A DNA stretch of 64,000 bases, from IMG/VR virus record IMGVR_UViG_3300032272_000008, positions 1 through 64,000 of that record; one strand, given 5' to 3'. The notes under the pieces were generated by a model. That model was not told where the DNA came from, did not search any database, and worked only from the letters and a program-made list of their open reading frames with translations. This stretch comes from a virus (lineage: Duplodnaviria; Caudoviricetes). The translations under genes were made by a program, and so were the position numbers. This document shows positions 26,111-35,811 of the stretch, piece after piece (the first letter of the stretch is position 1; every line of letters begins with the position of its first letter).

Positions 26111-29100
26111 GTTTGAAGTATACGGCAAGGTTGCCGACGATTTGTGGGCGCACCCGGTTGCGATCGGGATAGGGAACGGTGTCAAAGACAACATCGCGAG
26201 GGCCGCGAACGGCAACGTGGCCATGCTGCGACCGATGCTCAAGTATCGGTTCGGCGAGAAAGACGGCAAGTACATCACGCAGGCGACATTCCTCGACGAC
26301 AAACGTTCGAAGAAGCTCGCGCAGCGGTGCTCGATCATGATGTTCGACCTGGACGCGGGGCAACCTCTGGATGAGATCCTGGACGCGACAGAGAAGGTGA
26401 ACCTGTTCTCTTTTGTCTGGGCGACGTACTCGCATCGCAAGACGGTGACGGCCATCGGCGTTGACAAACTGGCTGCGTGGATACGCAAGGACCGGCCAGA
26501 GCTGGAAGATGCGCCGCTGCCTGAGAAGTGTCGTGCTTATTTGTTGGGGGCCAAGACCCGGTACGTCGAAGACATCCTGCCCGGTGATCCAGGTAACGTG
26601 GATGGCGCACATGATGGCAAATGGTATGTCGATCCGACGACACAGCTGCACGCTGAAGAAGGCGAAGCATATTTTGTTTCGCATCAGCCGGTGGCGAAGT
26701 ACCGCGTCATGTTTGTGTTGGACAAGCCGTTCGAGTTCATGGGCGTGCCAGGGAAATCACACACCGATCGTGAGCGGGATTGGGCGACGGCCTATAAGAA
26801 GGTCGGGGACGATCTGGGCTTCAATTACGACGCGGCGTGCTCTGATCCATCACGGCTCATGTACCTTCCGGCTGCTCCCAATGGGACGGTGTTGGAAGAA
26901 GGTGGTCATGAAGTGTTCGCTGCCGGTGGTGGCTTGCTTTCGTTGGACGGTGTGGTTGAGACTGCTGACGCTGAAGAGGCCGAGGTTGATTCTGTGATGG
27001 GTGCCTTTACTGGGTACGCTGAAGAGTCCGGTGTGGCCGAGACCGGCGCGCGGTTCGAGCCTAAGACGCCTGGGCTGTTCCAATTCCTCAAAGAGGTTGG
27101 GCACGAGTTCGACATCATTGGCTGGCTGATCGATGTCATGCCGGAAGACGAGATCCGCAACGGCGGAATGGAAGATGACCTGATCGAGGTGACGTGTCCA
27201 AACGAGCTGCACCACACTGGCGGCAGACGTGACGACGACTCGCCTATGTTCGCACGCTTCTCTGATGAGCACGGCTGGTGGCTGGGCTGTCGCACGGATG
27301 GCTGCACGCATGAGTTCGATGGCGACAAGGCCCGCGCACTGGATTGCTTTATCCAAGGCTGGAAGAATGCACCGCCGACTGGTGAGGCGTTGGATCTGGT
27401 GCCGACCGACTGCATGGTTGACCTGATCAAGAAAGAATGGTGTCCCGAGGCCTGGGCGCGACGGAATCCTGAAGAGGTAAAAGAAGCGGCAGAAACAGAC
27501 GTACCAAAACTGAAAGTGCCCTTGACGTCTGCTGAGTTGCAGGTGAAGGCGCTTGCGATGGTTGAAGAGATGCCAGAAGAGGCGGACATCGGCAAGCAGT
27601 CCGACATCCTGGTCTGGCCTGCAAAGACCGATGACGAGGTGGTTCACGCCATGGTGATCGATGCGATTCTGGAGAAGACCGGCAAGCGCAACAAGACAGC
27701 GCTGGTCGGTATCTTGAAAGGGTATCGGAAGCATGAAGTGAAAGCAGAGAAGCGTCGCGCGATCGATGAGAAAGCGGCAAAAAGAGCGGCAACGGGCGAC
27801 GTGAAAGTGGACAAAATCGTCTACAACGACATGCCTTGGCGTGAGCAGTTGGCTGTGTCTCGGAAGCGTCTGATCTATTTCAATCAGGCTGACCCACGTC
27901 TGTTCCAATGGATCGGGGCGGCTGAATTGTATCGTCTACGCTTGCCGAATGAAACGAACGATGTTGAAGAACGGAAATCTCATCACATGGATCGAATTGA
28001 GGTCCCGCAGATGAGCAACCTGTTGACAGATGCCGGTCTCGACTACGTGCGCATCAGTGAGAAGACAGAGCAGCATGTCTCGCCGTTCAATGACGTGACA
28101 CGATCCCTTGCGGCAGACACGACCTTCACTCAACAGTTTCCGGTGCTCGATAACATCGTGCATGTTCCGGTGTTTGGGAAGGACGGTGTGCTCATCACAG
28201 AGAAGGGGTACTCCGAAGGTAGCCGCACGTATCTGGTTCCCGACCTCGACTTCATTCCGCTGGACGTGGATGCGGTCGATCAGGCGAAGGCCGACGAGGC
28301 GCTGGCTTTCCTGTTCGAGAACGCCTTGCGTGACTTTCCGTTCTCCGACAGTTTCAGTGGTGACGACGGTGTACCGATCTATCTCAAAGAGATGGAAGAG
28401 TATGTCGATGTCGATGGTGTTGATTGCTCATTGCCGAAGCCGAATTTAGAAAGGGGTGCATCTTCTCGCACACATGCGGTGGCCATGCTGTTGCAAGCAT
28501 TCGTGCGCCCGATCATTGGTGCGAATGCCACGCCGCTGTTCCACATTGATAAGCCGGGACCGGCGTCGGGCGCAGGCTTCTTGGCGAACGTTCTCGGGTA
28601 TATCTTGACGGGACGGCCAGCACCTGCTGGTACGCTGCCAGGGAATGAAGATGAGGTCAACAAGACCCTTATGACGTATCTAATGCATGGTCGCCCGATT
28701 GTGTTTTTCGACAACATCGCGACCACCATGAAAGTAGATAGTGCATCGTTGGCGTCGGCATTGACAGACTCATCGTACAATGGCCGCGCGTTGGGTGGCA
28801 ACCAAATGGTCGACGCGGATGTCAGGAACATTTGGTTGTCGGCAGGGAACAACACACAATTTTCAGGGGAGATGGTGCGCCGCATCGTGCCGATCAAACT
28901 CGACTCCCGCGAAGAGAATCCAGAGCAACGCTCTGGCACGTTCAAGCACAACGACCTTCCTGCGCACATGGTAGCCGAGCGTGATCGTTATGTGTTCGCT
29001 TGTCATGTGCTGATCGCGTGGTGGGTGAAGTGTGGAATGAAGGACTGGAAGCACACGAAGAAGAAGAAGCTGACGTCCTTTGATAGGTTCTCTGCGGTGA

Positions 29101-29528
29101 TCGGAGGCATACTCGACTGTTGTGGTCTGGGCGAGCACTTCCTGGCAAACATTGCTGGCTTCGTCGAAGACAAATCTACTGACCGTGATGATGAGCTGGG
29201 TCTGTTGGATGCACTTGCGGACACGTACGTTCTTGGTGAGGGCTGGACGAACGACAACGTGTTCCAGAATGCAATCTGGGTGAAGCAAGATCCGTACGAC
29301 ACAGAGACGATGGGAATGGCTCCACAGATGCGTGTGTCGCTGCGCGGAATGACAGACGATTCCAAGAAGCGAGACCTCAAAAAACAGATCCTAGCGCTGA
29401 AAGGCCAGACGCGAACAGTCACTTTAATGGACGGAAGAGAGACGCAAGTGCAGATCGTGCAAACACATGAAGGCAAAAAGGGGCGCGGAAACATGGCGCA
29501 ATTCTGTCTGCGAGAGGTGGTGAAATAA
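26100..29528 (+). CDS. Primase-helicase fusion (AEP-type primase, Zn-ribbon, C-terminal P-loop-like domain)
   Basis: MMFDLD, TYSH, KYRVMF.L..PF, DAACSDPSRLMYLP; CP..HH...C..DGC; PIVFFDN, SAGNN, MVRRIVPIKLD. Confidence 0.75.
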   Translation: MTTEFEVYGKVADDLWAHPVAIGIGNGVKDNIARAANGNVAMLRPMLKYRFGEKDGKYITQATFLDDKRSKKLAQRCSIMMFDLDAGQPLDEILDATEKVNLFSFVWATYSHRKTVTAIGVDKLAAWIRKDRPELEDAPLPEKCRAYLLGAKTRYVEDILPGDPGNVDGAHDGKWYVDPTTQLHAEEGEAYFVSHQPVAKYRVMFVLDKPFEFMGVPGKSHTDRERDWATAYKKVGDDLGFNYDAACSDPSRLMYLPAAPNGTVLEEGGHEVFAAGGGLLSLDGVVETADAEEAEVDSVMGAFTGYAEESGVAETGARFEPKTPGLFQFLKEVGHEFDIIGWLIDVMPEDEIRNGGMEDDLIEVTCPNELHHTGGRRDDDSPMFARFSDEHGWWLGCRTDGCTHEFDGDKARALDCFIQGWKNAPPTGEALDLVPTDCMVDLIKKEWCPEAWARRNPEEVKEAAETDVPKLKVPLTSAELQVKALAMVEEMPEEADIGKQSDILVWPAKTDDEVVHAMVIDAILEKTGKRNKTALVGILKGYRKHEVKAEKRRAIDEKAAKRAATGDVKVDKIVYNDMPWREQLAVSRKRLIYFNQADPRLFQWIGAAELYRLRLPNETNDVEERKSHHMDRIEVPQMSNLLTDAGLDYVRISEKTEQHVSPFNDVTRSLAADTTFTQQFPVLDNIVHVPVFGKDGVLITEKGYSEGSRTYLVPDLDFIPLDVDAVDQAKADEALAFLFENALRDFPFSDSFSGDDGVPIYLKEMEEYVDVDGVDCSLPKPNLERGASSRTHAVAMLLQAFVRPIIGANATPLFHIDKPGPASGAGFLANVLGYILTGRPAPAGTLPGNEDEVNKTLMTYLMHGRPIVFFDNIATTMKVDSASLASALTDSSYNGRALGGNQMVDADVRNIWLSAGNNTQFSGEMVRRIVPIKLDSREENPEQRSGTFKHNDLPAHMVAERDRYVFACHVLIAWWVKCGMKDWKHTKKKKLTSFDRFSAVIGGILDCCGLGEHFLANIAGFVEDKSTDRDDELGLLDALADTYVLGEGWTNDNVFQNAIWVKQDPYDTETMGMAPQMRVSLRGMTDDSKKRDLKKQILALKGQTRTVTLMDGRETQVQIVQTHEGKKGRGNMAQFCLREVVK

Positions 29529-29639
29529 TAGGAGGTGTGCGTCCTAATCCTGAGTTGAGCCAATTGGGGGGAAATGTTCACGCATTTTTCCCTTTTTACG
29601 TATTTACGGGCGGAGCCGCGTTGAACCGTCCACCATAGA

Positions 29640-29830
29640 ATTGTTTATAGATTACAGTACATTAGGGGAGTAATAGAACTACAAATAGTAAAATAAATAA
29701 AATAAACTACTATTAGACTCTACAGGAGAGAGAGTAAAAAAATAAAAGTATTGTAGTAGTGAAATGTTTTTTTTTTTTCTTCTCTCTATAGTAGAGGGAG
29801 GAACACGTTTATTTTCATTTAATTTCTGTT
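29640..29830. other. Strongly AT-rich non-coding tract (candidate DNA-unwinding element)
   Basis: A/T runs including a long T homopolymer near 29767, in a genome otherwise visibly GC-richer. Confidence 0.6.
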
Positions 29831-29834
29831 AACC

Positions 29835-29944
29835 ACACCGTCCTCTACTTGTTGCTCCGCAACGCGGTGTCAGCTATACGGTGTCTCAAGCAAAGAGACG
29901 GTGTCTCCTTCGCGGGACGGTGTCAGCAATTTATGAGACGGTGT
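29835..29944. repeat. Iteron-like ACGGTGT array
   Basis: ACGGTGT at 29878, 29898, 29917, 29938 (20/19/21 bp spacing); GCGGTGT at 29864; inverted ACACCGT at 29835. Confidence 0.75.
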
Positions 29945-29961
29945 AATCAAAAGGAAAACAG

Positions 29962-30117
29962 ATGGCGTTGCCCCAGACAAAAGAAGAACTTGAGCGGATG
30001 TGCAAGAAGATCGCGGCGGAAGGCAAAACCTTCACCACGGAAGACGGCAAGCGTGTGAGGCTGGTTCGCACACCGGGCACCCCGGATAGCTACCAACTTG
30101 TTCCCGTCGACAACTAG
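29962..30117 (+). CDS. Small hypothetical protein (51 aa), not in ORF track
   Basis: AAGGAAAA RBS; MALPQTKEELERMCKKIAAEGK... Confidence 0.6.
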   Translation: MALPQTKEELERMCKKIAAEGKTFTTEDGKRVRLVRTPGTPDSYQLVPVDN

Positions 30118-30139
30118 ATCAACCGAAAGGAAAATTCAA

Positions 30140-30775
30140 ATGACCATGACCTCCAAGCAGATTCATAGAGAACTCAGTGAACAGATCAATAACAGATATT
30201 TGTACGAGCACGTCAAGGAAGCGTTCGCGGACCTGACTGAGTACATGATGGCCGAGAAGGCCAACAAGTTCATTGAAAAGCTCGCGATCCAGATGCGGAC
30301 ACAAGGATGGATCTCCGCCAAGCAGTTGGTCGCTGCGGCCCGCACCTGGAAGGATCATCTCGAACACCTTGAAAAAGAGAAGACCACTCCCTTCCCTTTC
30401 CGCGTCAACGCCAGCCCAGTAGCTCTGATGTTCACCCGCGCCGCACAAGGTGGCGTTGAGAACCGGTTATTCGAGGCCGCTCCATGGACAGTCATCCCTG
30501 GCAAAGTCAACGACGACCTGTTGGTGTTTCATTCAGGGCACGGACACGTTGGTGCAATTATAGGGGGCATCTTCCATGGTAACGAGAAGTTGCCTGCCGT
30601 CATGCAGCAGCCTCTGGTTGAATTCCTTCGACGCCCTTCAGAGCACGCAAAAATGCATGGGGTCAAGACCGGGCGGTGCTCGTGCTGCCGAAGGAAGCTG
30701 ACGGACCCTATTTCTGTCGAGAACGGGATCGGACCGGTTTGCGGGAGGCGCTGGTTCCCTTCCTCTTCCTCCTAG
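30140..30775 (+). CDS. DUF6011-domain (Zn-finger) protein
   Basis: C-term HG..TGRCSCCRRKLTDPISVENGIGPVC; GAAAGGA RBS. Confidence 0.75.
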   Translation: MTMTSKQIHRELSEQINNRYLYEHVKEAFADLTEYMMAEKANKFIEKLAIQMRTQGWISAKQLVAAARTWKDHLEHLEKEKTTPFPFRVNASPVALMFTRAAQGGVENRLFEAAPWTVIPGKVNDDLLVFHSGHGHVGAIIGGIFHGNEKLPAVMQQPLVEFLRRPSEHAKMHGVKTGRCSCCRRKLTDPISVENGIGPVCGRRWFPSSSS

Positions 30776-31307
30776 ATCGAGCAGGAGAGGGTGCAGCAGG
30801 TTTAAAACGCATGTTACCGGCACCCTCACCAGCAGTTCGGCTCAGAAGGCCCCACAGGGCGATTAAAGCGGCTTCATGCTTTCCCTCATTCGTCATCTCA
30901 GTGTGTGCGTCCGGGAAAAGCGCTTGAGCGACACGCCGCGTCTGCCATTTGTCGGAGGTGCAACCCATCTCCTGCTTCCAACGTGAAGGAGATATGAAAT
31001 GAAGAGGCACATTACGGCGACGGATGAGCGCAGTGAGCGCACCCTTGTTCTGTCCGAAGGTGAAGGCCCCTACATGGCCGTCGCTCGCCATGCTGAAGAC
31101 GTCTTCGAAATGTACTTCGCAGGGCACTTCTCCGACCCGAAGCTCATCAAGTATGTTGTCAAACTCTACCGCATGCACGACGTTCTTTACCGTCGTCGCA
31201 TGTTCCTCGACCAAAATGGGGAGGTTATAGGCAGCCATAGTACCCAAGTCTAAATCAAGCGCGACCAGTGCACCCTTTGTTCCTGGATCGATACCGATGT
31301 GAAGCAT
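30708..31307 (-). CDS. RuvC-like Holliday junction resolvase
   Basis: IGIDPG..GAL, V.FE.VFSM, GAFTFG..KG, P..WK..MG, EAALIALWG; AGGAGG RBS. Confidence 0.82.
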   Translation of the reverse strand: MLHIGIDPGTKGALVALDLDLGTMAAYNLPILVEEHATTVKNVVHAVEFDNILDELRVGEVPCEVHFEDVFSMASDGHVGAFTFGQNKGALTALIRRRNVPLHFISPSRWKQEMGCTSDKWQTRRVAQALFPDAHTEMTNEGKHEAALIALWGLLSRTAGEGAGNMRFKPAAPSPARSRRKRKGTSASRKPVRSRSRQK

Positions 31308-31381
31308 TGTTAACCCTCCTTGACAAAATGCATATAAAAGTATATAGGTCCTACCTGGATTTAACAATAGGGTAGCCTACC

Positions 31382-32086
31382 GTGGGAAAAGCACGCCTGA
31401 AGAAGCCTGAGAGAACTCCTGTCCGCAATATGTCGTCGCCGGTCCCGATCACTGGCTCGATACCGCTGTCCAACGTCAGGTACGAAGCGTTCGTGCTCGC
31501 ACGCAGTAAGGGGCTGTCCCAAAAAGCAGCAGCAAGTGTCGCCGGGTACTCAAAAGCCACCGCATCACAGACAGGCAGCCGTTTGGAAACAAAAGTTCCA
31601 GCAGTAAAAGAACGCTTGGCATTTCTCAAGGGCCAAGTTGACGTCATGGATATGACCCTGGAGCAAGCGCGCCAAGAGATGATCGAAATGGGGGGTCCTG
31701 ATCTTGTCGACGGGATAACAGCGAAATGGCTCTGTTTGGAATTCTTCAAGAACGCCGTCGAGGCACGAGCACATCGTCAGTACAAGGAGGCAAACCACGC
31801 TCTTGTGTACATCGCGAAGCTCAACAAGAAGATGCCTTCCGACATTCCCTTCCCACCAGGATCACCACATCCAATTGAGCACGCAGAAATATCAGTATCA
31901 AGGGCACTAACCCATGGCGAAGATAACGCTACAGAGACGCGAGCAATTCAGGGGAGCTTTGAAGACCCTGCGGGAGTGGGAGACTCTCCTGAGTCTGAGC
32001 CTGAGACGACGGAAGCCTTTGAGTTTGTCTCACCAAACGACATTGGAGAGGATGACGAAGACGGGGGACGCGGCACGCCAGCTTGA
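31382..32086 (+). CDS. terS: Terminase small subunit
   Basis: RYEAFVLARSKGLSQKAAASVAGYSKATASQTGSRL HTH; directly upstream of terL. Confidence 0.75.
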   Translation: MGKARLKKPERTPVRNMSSPVPITGSIPLSNVRYEAFVLARSKGLSQKAAASVAGYSKATASQTGSRLETKVPAVKERLAFLKGQVDVMDMTLEQARQEMIEMGGPDLVDGITAKWLCLEFFKNAVEARAHRQYKEANHALVYIAKLNKKMPSDIPFPPGSPHPIEHAEISVSRALTHGEDNATETRAIQGSFEDPAGVGDSPESEPETTEAFEFVSPNDIGEDDEDGGRGTPA

Positions 32087-33605
32087 TGCGCTTGAATATC
32101 GCATCGAGACGATGGAGCAGGACTACTATGGCCAGCTTGCAGACAGTGCCCACGACAGCCTGAGTTGCTACACCGAATTCATGACGCCGGATGAACCGCC
32201 AGCGAGCCATCACGAATTCATGTGTGACCACCTTGAAGCTGTGGAAAGACGGGACGTGCTTCGCTCCACGATGAGTTGTCCACCCGGGCACGCCAAGACG
32301 AAGTTCTTCTCGCGCATGTTTGCGTCGTGGTATCTCGGACGAAATCCCAAAGACAAATTTTTAGCAGGGGGGCACTCTCAGTCATTCGCAGAGAATGAGC
32401 TGGGCAAACCTGTACGCGAACTGATTCTTGAAGAGAAGTTCAACGTCGTATTCCCCAACGTCACACTCAATCCGAAGTGGAAGGCCGCAGGCAACTGGCG
32501 TCTCAACAACAACCGAGGCGGGTATGTCTGCAAAGGCGTAGGCCAGGGCATCGCTGGCTTCCGTGGCAACTGCGGCGTGATCGATGATCCATTCGGCTCA
32601 CGTGAAGACGCGCAGTCTGCTCTCATGCGCTTGCGGGCAAAGAACTGGTTGTTCTCCGACTTCCGTCTCCGCCTGCTGCCAAACTCCCCGCTCATGATCG
32701 TCGCCACCAGATGGCACCAAGAAGATTTGATTGGGGTGGTAGAAGAACTGACAAAATTGGGGAAGGGCATACCTTGGGAGATCATCAACCTCAACGCGCT
32801 CATCGAGACCGAGCAGGAAATGATTGTCGATCCGCTTGGCCGCTCACTCATGGAGCCATTATGGCCCGACTTCTACACGATCGATGAGTTGATCGAGATC
32901 CGTGACACGTCTGCACAAACAGATTGGTGGGCATTGTACAAAGGCAAACCTCGCAACGCTGAAGGCAACGTGGTCAAGAGCAAATGGTTCCGTCGCTATG
33001 ATGTCCTGCCGAGTAACTTGCCGGGACCCGATGGAATTATACAAAGGGGTGTAAAGAAGGTCACAGTTTCCGTTGACTGTGCGAACAAAGCAACGACCCG
33101 ATCGAACCCATCCGCCATCACGGTATGGGTGGAGGACATGCACAAGCGTCACTATCTTGCTGAAGTCATCGTTCGCAAGATGGAGTTCATCGATTTGGAA
33201 AAGGCCATCAATGACACCGCACGAAAGTGGGAGGCCACAACCATCATCGTCGAGGACGCGGGCAACGGCACAACGTACATCGAGAAGAACAGAGGCTACG
33301 CTCCTGCTCCAATCATCGCGATCCCGACCGGCAACAAGTCTAAAGAGTGGAGATTCGACGCCGTCACGCCTGCAATTGAGGGGGGTGAAGTCTTCATTCC
33401 AAGACAGGGGAGGGCTGACTGGCTTGAGCATTATTTGGATGAGCTGCTGACATTCCCAGCGGCAGCCAACGATGACCAAGTGGATAGCACCTCTCAGTAT
33501 TTGTCCTGGGCACGATCTAACAACGTGTACGGAACCAGGAAGCTGAAAGGCACCAACCAGAAGGGGCGAGGTGGCAAACGCAAAGGTGCTCGCCGAGTAA
33601 GGTAG
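32052..33605 (+). CDS. terL: Terminase large subunit
   Basis: SCPPGHAKT Walker A, VIDDPF Walker B, IVATRWHQEDL, SVDCA, IIVED, DDQVDSTSQYL nuclease motif; start uncertain. Confidence 0.93.
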   Translation: MTKTGDAARQLDALEYRIETMEQDYYGQLADSAHDSLSCYTEFMTPDEPPASHHEFMCDHLEAVERRDVLRSTMSCPPGHAKTKFFSRMFASWYLGRNPKDKFLAGGHSQSFAENELGKPVRELILEEKFNVVFPNVTLNPKWKAAGNWRLNNNRGGYVCKGVGQGIAGFRGNCGVIDDPFGSREDAQSALMRLRAKNWLFSDFRLRLLPNSPLMIVATRWHQEDLIGVVEELTKLGKGIPWEIINLNALIETEQEMIVDPLGRSLMEPLWPDFYTIDELIEIRDTSAQTDWWALYKGKPRNAEGNVVKSKWFRRYDVLPSNLPGPDGIIQRGVKKVTVSVDCANKATTRSNPSAITVWVEDMHKRHYLAEVIVRKMEFIDLEKAINDTARKWEATTIIVEDAGNGTTYIEKNRGYAPAPIIAIPTGNKSKEWRFDAVTPAIEGGEVFIPRQGRADWLEHYLDELLTFPAAANDDQVDSTSQYLSWARSNNVYGTRKLKGTNQKGRGGKRKGARRVR

Positions 33606-33644
33606 GGACCCTGGAAATTTAGATAAGGGGGACCCTGAAGATTT
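33605..33644. repeat. Tandem 16-bp repeat GGGACCCTGRARATTT
   Basis: Copies at 33605-33620 and 33629-33644. Confidence 0.7.
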
Positions 33645-33672
33645 GAACAAGGCCCCCTTTTCTCCCAGAAAA

Positions 33673-34068
33673 TTACCCCTCGTCTAGGTATCTGTTGTAG
33701 CCGTCGAAGGGTGAAACGCCGAGTTCTTCTCGGAATTCTTTCTCAGCGTTCAAGACATTACGAGCAACATCTATGAACTTGGAAGGCCATTCAGTTACAA
33801 GCGGCATTGTCTCAAGCTCGTCATGCCACACCAAATGGAACAGCTGATCTGCGCGCGGATCAACAGTGCTTATTTCTTCTGTGACGGCAAGGCCTTCTTC
33901 ATCGTTGATACCGGCAAAGAGCATCAAATATCCTGGGTCATCTGACCAGCGTCCCTGCTGAATGCGGATCTTCGCGCTCCACGGTAAAACTGCCATGTAG
34001 TAATCACCGTCGAGTTGGTTGATCAGATATCTGAATGTGTGGCGCTTGGCCAAGAGAACAGCAGACAT
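33673..34068 (-). CDS. Hypothetical protein (131 aa)
   Basis: AAGGAAG RBS; open frame. Confidence 0.6.
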   Translation of the reverse strand: MSAVLLAKRHTFRYLINQLDGDYYMAVLPWSAKIRIQQGRWSDDPGYLMLFAGINDEEGLAVTEEISTVDPRADQLFHLVWHDELETMPLVTEWPSKFIDVARNVLNAEKEFREELGVSPFDGYNRYLDEG

Positions 34069-34151
34069 ATAACTTCCTTTCAGTTGTTGAAGCTACTCTC
34101 TTACACGAGGCCTAAAGACCAATCAACTTTTCCGGTTGAGCGCGGTTAATC

Positions 34152-34197
34152 AAAAATTTTTATATCGAAAGGGCAAAAAAATTTTATATCGAAAGGG
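34152..34197. repeat. Direct repeat AAAAATTTT(T)ATATCGAAAGGG x2
   Basis: Copies at 34152-34173 and 34177-34197. Confidence 0.75.
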
Positions 34198-34231
34198 AAA
34201 AATAATTCGAGCGCCCTCGCACCAGATCTGG

Positions 34232-34246
34232 TTAACAAGTGGTTAA
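34232..34246. promoter_or_regulatory. CtrA box TTAA-N7-TTAA
   Basis: TTAAcaagtggTTAA. Confidence 0.7.
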
Positions 34247-34313
34247 TTTCGTCCAATTTTGGCACACGCCATTAACCACTTTCCCAGGTTGCACATGCAA
34301 GATGGCAACATGG

Positions 34314-34329
34314 TTAAGAGGCCATTAAC
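34314..34329. promoter_or_regulatory. CtrA box TTAA-N7-TTAAC
   Basis: ggTTAAgaggccaTTAACc. Confidence 0.75.
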
Positions 34330-34517
34330 CTTATGCCACAGTTGCTGACGCAACCCGACAACATGGTTAAGCAGGCGTGAACGAATGCCAGTCCAAGTTG
34401 ATCATGCAACTTAGATTCGCTGGTAACTCATCGTGAACCATTTGAAAATACGTGCAACGGACTCATTTTTACGAACTACAAACAAGGTTAATCGTTAACC
34501 ATTTGAGCACGAGGCGC

Positions 34518-34546
34518 TTGTGTCTCTCTTATCTCTTCTGTAAGTT
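34518..34546 (+). promoter_or_regulatory. Sigma70-type promoter of the GP88-like gene
   Basis: TTGTGT-N17-TAAGTT; downstream leader shared with the promoter at 35834. Confidence 0.55.
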
Positions 34547-34583
34547 GGGCAAATCGAAAGCGACCAACCCAAAGGAAAACGCA

Positions 34584-35444
34584 ATGCAATACCCCACATT
34601 AAAAGCCGATGCACTGGCCGCAAAGAAACGCTTGAAAGCCAACGGGCACAAATTTGTCAGCCTGCTATCTAAGCCAACCGACAACCCAAAGCTGGCAAAA
34701 TCTGCCAAACTTAACGTGCTTTCGTCACCCCTACACTTGGCACCTGCTGAATTGTCCGGCTTTAATGTTTGCCCTATGTCAAGTGCCGGTTGTCGCGCGG
34801 CTTGCCTGCATACTGCCGGAAATCCCGCGTTTATGTCTGCCAAAGCATCAAGCCGAATTGACCGTACAAAAGCTTATTTCAATCATCGACCTGATTTCAT
34901 GCTTGTTCTAGCATATGAGATTGCGAAATTGGAAAAGACGGCACGCGCAACCGGAAAAATACCAGCTGTGCGTTTGAATGCAACGTCAGACATTCCGTGG
35001 GAGAATGTGCATGTGCAACTCGGACGCCATCGCTTCGCAAATTTGATGGAAATGTTTCCAGGTTGCACCTACTACGATTACACGAAGCGCTCGAACAGAA
35101 AGAAACTCCCCGTTAACTACAGTTTGACGTTTTCACTTGCTGAAGATAATGACCGCAAGGCGATCGAAGCGCACAAAAACGGGATGAACATTGCAGCGGT
35201 ATTTGACACCAAGCGCACAAAGGACTTGCCAGCGACCTATCAAATTGCTGGTACAACTATCGCTGTGATCGATGGGGATGAACACGACTATAGACCGGCA
35301 GACATCAAGGGCGTGATCGTAGGATTAAGGGCGAAGGGCGACGCACGAAAGGACACAAGCGGATTTGTTCGAAAGGTTGCGCCAGCAACTTTAATTGAGG
35401 CTGCTCAAGCAATGGGCAAACTAGAGATTGTGACAGTTCGATGA
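34584..35444 (+). CDS. GP88-family protein (Cys-triad, putative Fe-S)
   Basis: NPKLAK, L.LAPA, NVCP..S.GC.AACL.TAG, VRLNATSDI.WE, YYDYTK, NY.LTFS, IDGD..D.R..D..GVIVGL.AKG.A.KD.SGFV. Confidence 0.8.
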   Translation: MQYPTLKADALAAKKRLKANGHKFVSLLSKPTDNPKLAKSAKLNVLSSPLHLAPAELSGFNVCPMSSAGCRAACLHTAGNPAFMSAKASSRIDRTKAYFNHRPDFMLVLAYEIAKLEKTARATGKIPAVRLNATSDIPWENVHVQLGRHRFANLMEMFPGCTYYDYTKRSNRKKLPVNYSLTFSLAEDNDRKAIEAHKNGMNIAAVFDTKRTKDLPATYQIAGTTIAVIDGDEHDYRPADIKGVIVGLRAKGDARKDTSGFVRKVAPATLIEAAQAMGKLEIVTVR

Positions 35445-35644
35445 GTACCTACAACTCTGCCAAAGGGCACGACTATCAGCCTGGGGATGTGGTAGAAGCA
35501 ACCTATACAAGGCATGTTGAAAGCCTGCTAAAGATGGGCAAACTTTACACCGTCACGCATACCGATGGCGGGATGTTTAACCGCTTGATCGTTTTGGATG
35601 GCGTCAAAGGTGAATTTGAGCCTTATCGGTTCAGGAAAGGTTAA
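35441..35644 (+). CDS. Hypothetical protein (67 aa)
   Basis: ATGA overlap with the GP88 stop. Confidence 0.6.
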   Translation: MSTYNSAKGHDYQPGDVVEATYTRHVESLLKMGKLYTVTHTDGGMFNRLIVLDGVKGEFEPYRFRKG

Positions 35645-35646
35645 CC

Positions 35647-35811
35647 ATGCGCGAAATCACTTACAAGCTGTTTTGCGCTACAGGTTGTTTGCGCAACTCA
35701 AACCATTCAACGCGCTGGAATGAACGCGACAAGCGTATGACGTACTGGACAAAAGCGCAGGGCGTTGTGTTGTATCAAAATGATACGCCCGCCGGACCAA
35801 TCAAGGATTGA
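35647..35811 (+). CDS. Small hypothetical protein (54 aa), not in ORF track
   Basis: AGGAAAGG RBS; MREITYKLFCATGCLRNSN... Confidence 0.5.
   Translation: MREITYKLFCATGCLRNSNHSTRWNERDKRMTYWTKAQGVVLYQNDTPAGPIKD

Noticed and set aside
29536-29637. 33-codon ORF after the primase with an AGGAGG RBS
   Set aside because: Very short, featureless and inside the origin-like region; no support for translation.
31914-32086. terS/terL frameshift fusion suggested by the long ORF overlap
   Set aside because: No slippery heptamer seen; an ATG at 32052 gives an ordinary short overlap.
1-33605. Inteins, introns or homing endonucleases in nrdJ, polA, helicases or terL
   Set aside because: Motif spacing and lengths are normal; no intein termini or LAGLIDADG/HNH motifs recognised.
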